64,000 nt of DNA from Marsupella aquatica (lineage: Eukaryota; Plantae; Marchantiophyta): NCBI GenBank assembly GCA_973895155.1, contig OZ316892.1, positions 31,055,802 through 31,119,801 on the forward strand, written 5' to 3'. Numbering within the stretch: position 1 is the first letter of the stretch; every line of letters begins with the position of its first letter. Below the pieces are notes generated by a model. It saw nothing but the letters and a program-made list of their open reading frames with translations, had not been told where the DNA came from and did no database searches. Position numbers and translations under genes: made by a program. This document shows, piece after piece, positions 59,751-64,000 of this stretch.

Positions 59751-59987
59751 CTAAACCCTAAACCCTCTGAAATGTCGCGCATTACCACCAGTACCAGACA
59801 AGTTGCAGAGCAAAGTCGGCCGAGGTGTTCAAATGGGAACAAGACGGGCTTTCCTTAACCTAGGGTAAACCCGGCTTTGTAAGAGGCCCCCTTGTTTTTG
59901 CATGCCTGGCCGAAAACTCGGTCCCGGGCGGCTTTCCGGACAAACTGTGCTCGTGACCATGTTCGATGGCGCCAAGTTTGAGATGCC

Positions 59988-60017
59988 CTAGTAGTAGTAG
60001 TAGTAGTAGTAGTAGTA
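59988..60017. repeat. (TAG)n microsatellite
   Basis: About 9-10 consecutive TAG units. Confidence 0.95.
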
Positions 60018-60275
60018 CTATAGTACTGTAGTAGAGGCTTCACCACTTGGCATTTCCGGTCATTAACCAGGCCTTATGGGATGGAGTAGGAGCCATCCAA
60101 GAGTTGTGCTCAGATGAGGGATGAAGTACGGACCAATAATGAGTTTGTCCGTGGTTGCCGTTGGGATACTCCCTTCAGATATGGAGATGGGACCATGGAT
60201 CCGGAAGGAAAAATTCTACAAAGTAGCAAAGAATGAGAAGGCTGTGTTGTAGGGGCCTAAGTTTAGGGTGAGCCG

Positions 60276-61907
60276 TTGCGAAAGATGGAAGCCGACGGGA
60301 GGGATGTCCGTGGCACGGAGGAGATGAAGCACGAGTTGCAACGTAAGTTGGCAGAGCTTGCCATCCTAAATGGACAATACGCAGCTGAGAACCTGCTGCT
60401 TAAGGAGAAGGTGGCCAGGGGGGATAAGGCGTTGGGTGCAGTCCGGAAGCAGCGTGATATGCTGGCGTTTTGGGTTGATGATGCTTGCAAGGCTGCTTCA
60501 ACAAAGCAAATGGATGTGTGCACTGAAATGACAAAGGACCACCAGGCGACAAGAGAGGCGTTGGAGCGGGAACCGAGTGATGTTCCCGAGGTGGCCGCTA
60601 GACAGTCGGACGATCTGAGGAGTCAGCGGACCGCGGCCTTGGAGGACGTCAAGAGCCGGAATGGAGAATCGAGGGATGTTCCCAAGGGGGCCGCTAGACA
60701 GTTGCGTGCTCTGATGAGTCAGCGGACTGCGGCCTTGGAGGAAGTCGAGGGCCGGAATGGCGACATAGTGATGCAGTTTGCGACCTTGCGCGTCGCGAAT
60801 GAATCTGAACCTAAGGCGAAGGAAGACAGGCAGAATGGGAAGCGAGATGCACTTGCCGGAGAAGCAGAAGAAGTGGAGCGGAGGAACAAGTACTTGCAGG
60901 CCCTAGCGGACAGTCAGATGCAGAAATGTTGCAAGTGCGCAGAAGCAGGGAAGGAGTGGCGAGGAGGATTATTAGGTTCACGACGACCCGGCAAATCGGC
61001 CACTTATGAATGGGAGGAGCATCCTAGTTTTTGTAGGGAATTCAAGCTTTTGTTGGGAAAGTTTAGTGTAAAACGAATCTGCACCGATGTCCACGAGCTC
61101 GTTAGGCAGAAGAATCTACTCTTCCCTACTGCTGATCTACCTGTGTGGCTGAGCGAAAGTCTTATCGTTAAGGATCGGAATGATAAGCCGCTGTTGTATT
61201 TTTTGAAACATGCCCTTCAAAGACCTTTCTGAAATAGAGATCCTACGTTGGAAGGATTAGAAGCTCTTGAAGAGCTTGTGGAGGTGTACCCGCCAAATCG
61301 ACCCGCATCTGCAAATGGCAGATTCAAGGGACAAGCTATTCCCCTTGGCTCGGGTGTACACCATCTGGCATTTTGGCATGGCACCGGTCACAAACATGTC
61401 CCAGGGGTTTTGTCACAGCACATCATTGGATCCGGGAAGAAGTTGAATTGGATCCTAGAGTTCATAAACAAGTTCACGCCGGTGACACAGGCGATTGGAG
61501 CGCTCTTCGAATGCATCGACAGTGACATGTACGAAACATATAAGGCATTGTTTGATGCTTTCGCTCCTGGAGCAGCCAGTTATATGCATTCCACTTCCCG
61601 AAATTGTTTCTTAGGGATGGCAATAAATACCCAACTCGCTCCTGGTCCGCACAGAGATACAAATGACGCTGTGGATGGCTGGGTTGCGAATGTAGCATTT
61701 GGTGATTTTGAGGGTGGACGTTTGGAAGTGCCACAACTTGGTTTACAATTTGTATTACAACCTGGAGATGTGGTGTTTATGCGGTCGGCCGTTCTGCAAC
61801 ACTCGATATCAAGGATAACGTCCGGCTCTAGGTTTGGCGTAGTGTTTTTTACTCACGAAGCGAACTTTGCAGAGAATCTTCGCAAGTCACGGATCAGTAC
61901 CGAGTAA
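60276..61907 (+). pseudogene. TET/JBP-like 2-oxoglutarate/Fe(II) dioxygenase with N-terminal coiled coil; single in-frame TGA at 61230-61232
   Basis: ORFs 60276 and 61248 share a frame; HRD (61650-61658), FGDFEGGRLEVPQLG, PGDVVF, distal His (61800-61802), Arg (61830-61832) and VFFTH fit the double-stranded beta-helix active-site pattern. Confidence 0.75.
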
Positions 61908-62099
61908 GATTAGAGCCATTGGGGCTGTAGGTCTGTGGCGGGGTGTGAGGATGGTTTCTTGGTACTCTGCTCTCACTATGCAATTTGTGAACAATCTGCA
62001 ATGAAGATATGATGGATGACATCGAACAAGAGATCCCATTGAATTGCTGGTTTGGTAGCGCTAGTGGAGCAATGAGAAGCATTTTTCAATGAAAATGAG

Positions 62100-64000
62100 C
62101 TTCAGAGCAACACCAATTGTCTGTGCTCCTTTCGATGGATTCCAGTTTTAAGACACTTGGAAATGATCTCGGAGGTAGGCCATCCAGATCCATTCTCCGA
62201 CAATCCCCTTTTTGTGATGTCTCATTTTACGTGCTTCAGCCTGTTTCTTAAAGACCTCCTTCATCCTTTTCTCTCCATGCGATCAGTGGTTTCCGGAAGG
62301 CTCCTGTGTTTGTGTGTTCGCCCCCAAAGAGACCTTTTTTCCAGTTCGCCAAAAGCCCTTTCTTAAAAAGTGCCAGCATCATAAGGTGGTAAGTTGGGAT
62401 AGCCTTGAGAATGTGTTTTAGCATGATCGCCCTACCAGCAAACATGAGGCTGCTGTTCGCCCATGTGTGGAGACGCTTCCTCAACTTGCCCAGAAGGAAA
62501 TTTGCATCTTGTGAAGGTTGAGTCCTACACCTCCAAGGCAAATACATATCTCTGCCTCTTTAGCAATTTTGCATCCCGTTTCCTTGAGCCAGTCAGGAGA
62601 TGCCATTCTCCAGGTAGATCGGAATATGATTTGAGACTTTTTGACGTTCAAGACAGCTCCCGAGATGTTGTCTGGATCACCTCACGAGCAGCAACAAATT
62701 CCTCTGCAGTGTCTTTGAGGAATAGTCCCGTGTCATCAGCGAAGAGCTGGTGGCAAAGACTACTCCCATTACAGAGTTGCAATGCATTGATGACCCTGCA
62801 TCCAATTGTTGTTTGAGCATGGCCATCAGAGCTATGGCTGATTGGTGAGTGTCAAAAGGATGCTAGAGAGCGGACATCCCTGTCAACTTCTGTGAGGGTA
62901 AGCATAGTGAGTGGTCGCTAATTTGACAACAGAAGCAAGTCCTGACTCTTGGGTATGAGTTCAATAACTCCGGCTAGTGGCTTTGGTTGTCATGGTTCCG
63001 TGTTAATGAAAGCCCGAATAACAGCAGAGTAAGTAGGACCCATGTACGACCATCCCTTTAGCAGCATCTTGATGGTGACTCCGTCGATTCCTGGTGACTT
63101 ATCTTTTGGCATCCCTGTAACCACTTTAAGAATATCTGCATCTTCGGTTGTCTACCTAGATACACTGCCTTGGTTACCTCGACATCTCCTCCCTGTCCTT
63201 CTGTTTCCTTTTTGTGCTTTCTTCGGTTTGTTGGGACCTCACTCTGTACGTCCACTCTGTTAGCATCCCAAGCAGGCATCCGGGAGAGGACGGTAAATTA
63301 TTACATCCACCTGGTAGTTTCCCACTCCTGGCACCGCAATGTTGATGTACACAATTGGGTCTTCATATTACATGAAACACATCCTCGTATGTGAGAGAAT
63401 TTACTCCTGGATTTATGTGTCTGCGCATATATAGCACAGTTCCAACCTCGGCAAGCATAATATTCAAAAGCAGGGTTGAACAGTGGCATGTCGATCCAAA
63501 CAGGAGCCCTGGTAGATTTCATCGGCTTAGCGTCAAAGTCAGGTGTCCGGGGCATGGCCACTACCATCTTCATCAGAATGTGTTTCGGGAATTCGATATC
63601 GAATTAATATCAATCTTTAAGGTAGTCGCGTGTTGGATTGAAGTCCAGAGTGTATAGAATGATTCCTCTCTTCTGTAGGTGAAGTATTCTGCTAACGATG
63701 ATATTTCGATCTACCCCGACAGTTTCGGATCTCATCCTAACTGTCGGACGGTGCTGCAGCGTAGGACAGTTCACGGTGAACTTCAGCAATCCTTCTTGGT
63801 CTCTCCTTCATGGTGTCGGTGTTCAAACTTGTGACCTACCACCCGATACATGCTGAGTTCTGTTGTGCGAGTTCGGGTCGCCGTTAACTATCATGCCAGA
63901 AAATTGGAGGTTTCGCATTTCTGCCATAGCTGTTTCTCTCTGGCGCGCTGTCGGAAAACTGTTTAGTATAAAATAAACACGGTCAGTTGATTCAGGAAAG
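62100..64000 (-). mobile_element. degraded L1-like LINE (ORF1 remnant joined to RT fragments)
   Basis: APVWIDMP..HIRGCVSC (ORF1); KSPGIDGVT, CHQLFADDTGLF, GRAIMLKHILKAIPTY (ORF2); multiple frameshifts and deletions. Confidence 0.82.

Overview
Transposon-rich plant nuclear DNA, most likely a moss or other bryophyte (inferred from the moss-type PLS PPR repeats and dispersed TTTAGGG telo-boxes). The centrepiece is a young, near-complete non-chromovirus Ty3/gypsy element (29282-43429, TSD TAGCC). Each of its ~4.03 kb LTRs contains a TATA-preceded 886-codon gene encoding a PMD/Transposase_32-like domain plus a long coiled coil. A third copy of this LTR (2813-5414) is interrupted by a Ty1/copia element and is itself inserted into the LTR of a diverged sister family carrying a homologous 1113-aa ORF. 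Two more homologues lie outside recognisable LTRs on the minus strand: an intact spliced gene (46641-48498) and a two-stop copy (51484-54471) followed by spliced exons encoding a TRF-like telobox Myb domain. A TET/JBP-like 2OG-Fe(II) dioxygenase gene with one in-frame stop lies at 60276-61907. The rest is degraded LINEs, probable Helitron ends, tandem repeats and a truncated PPR gene. All family assignments come from motifs read by eye; no database search was run.
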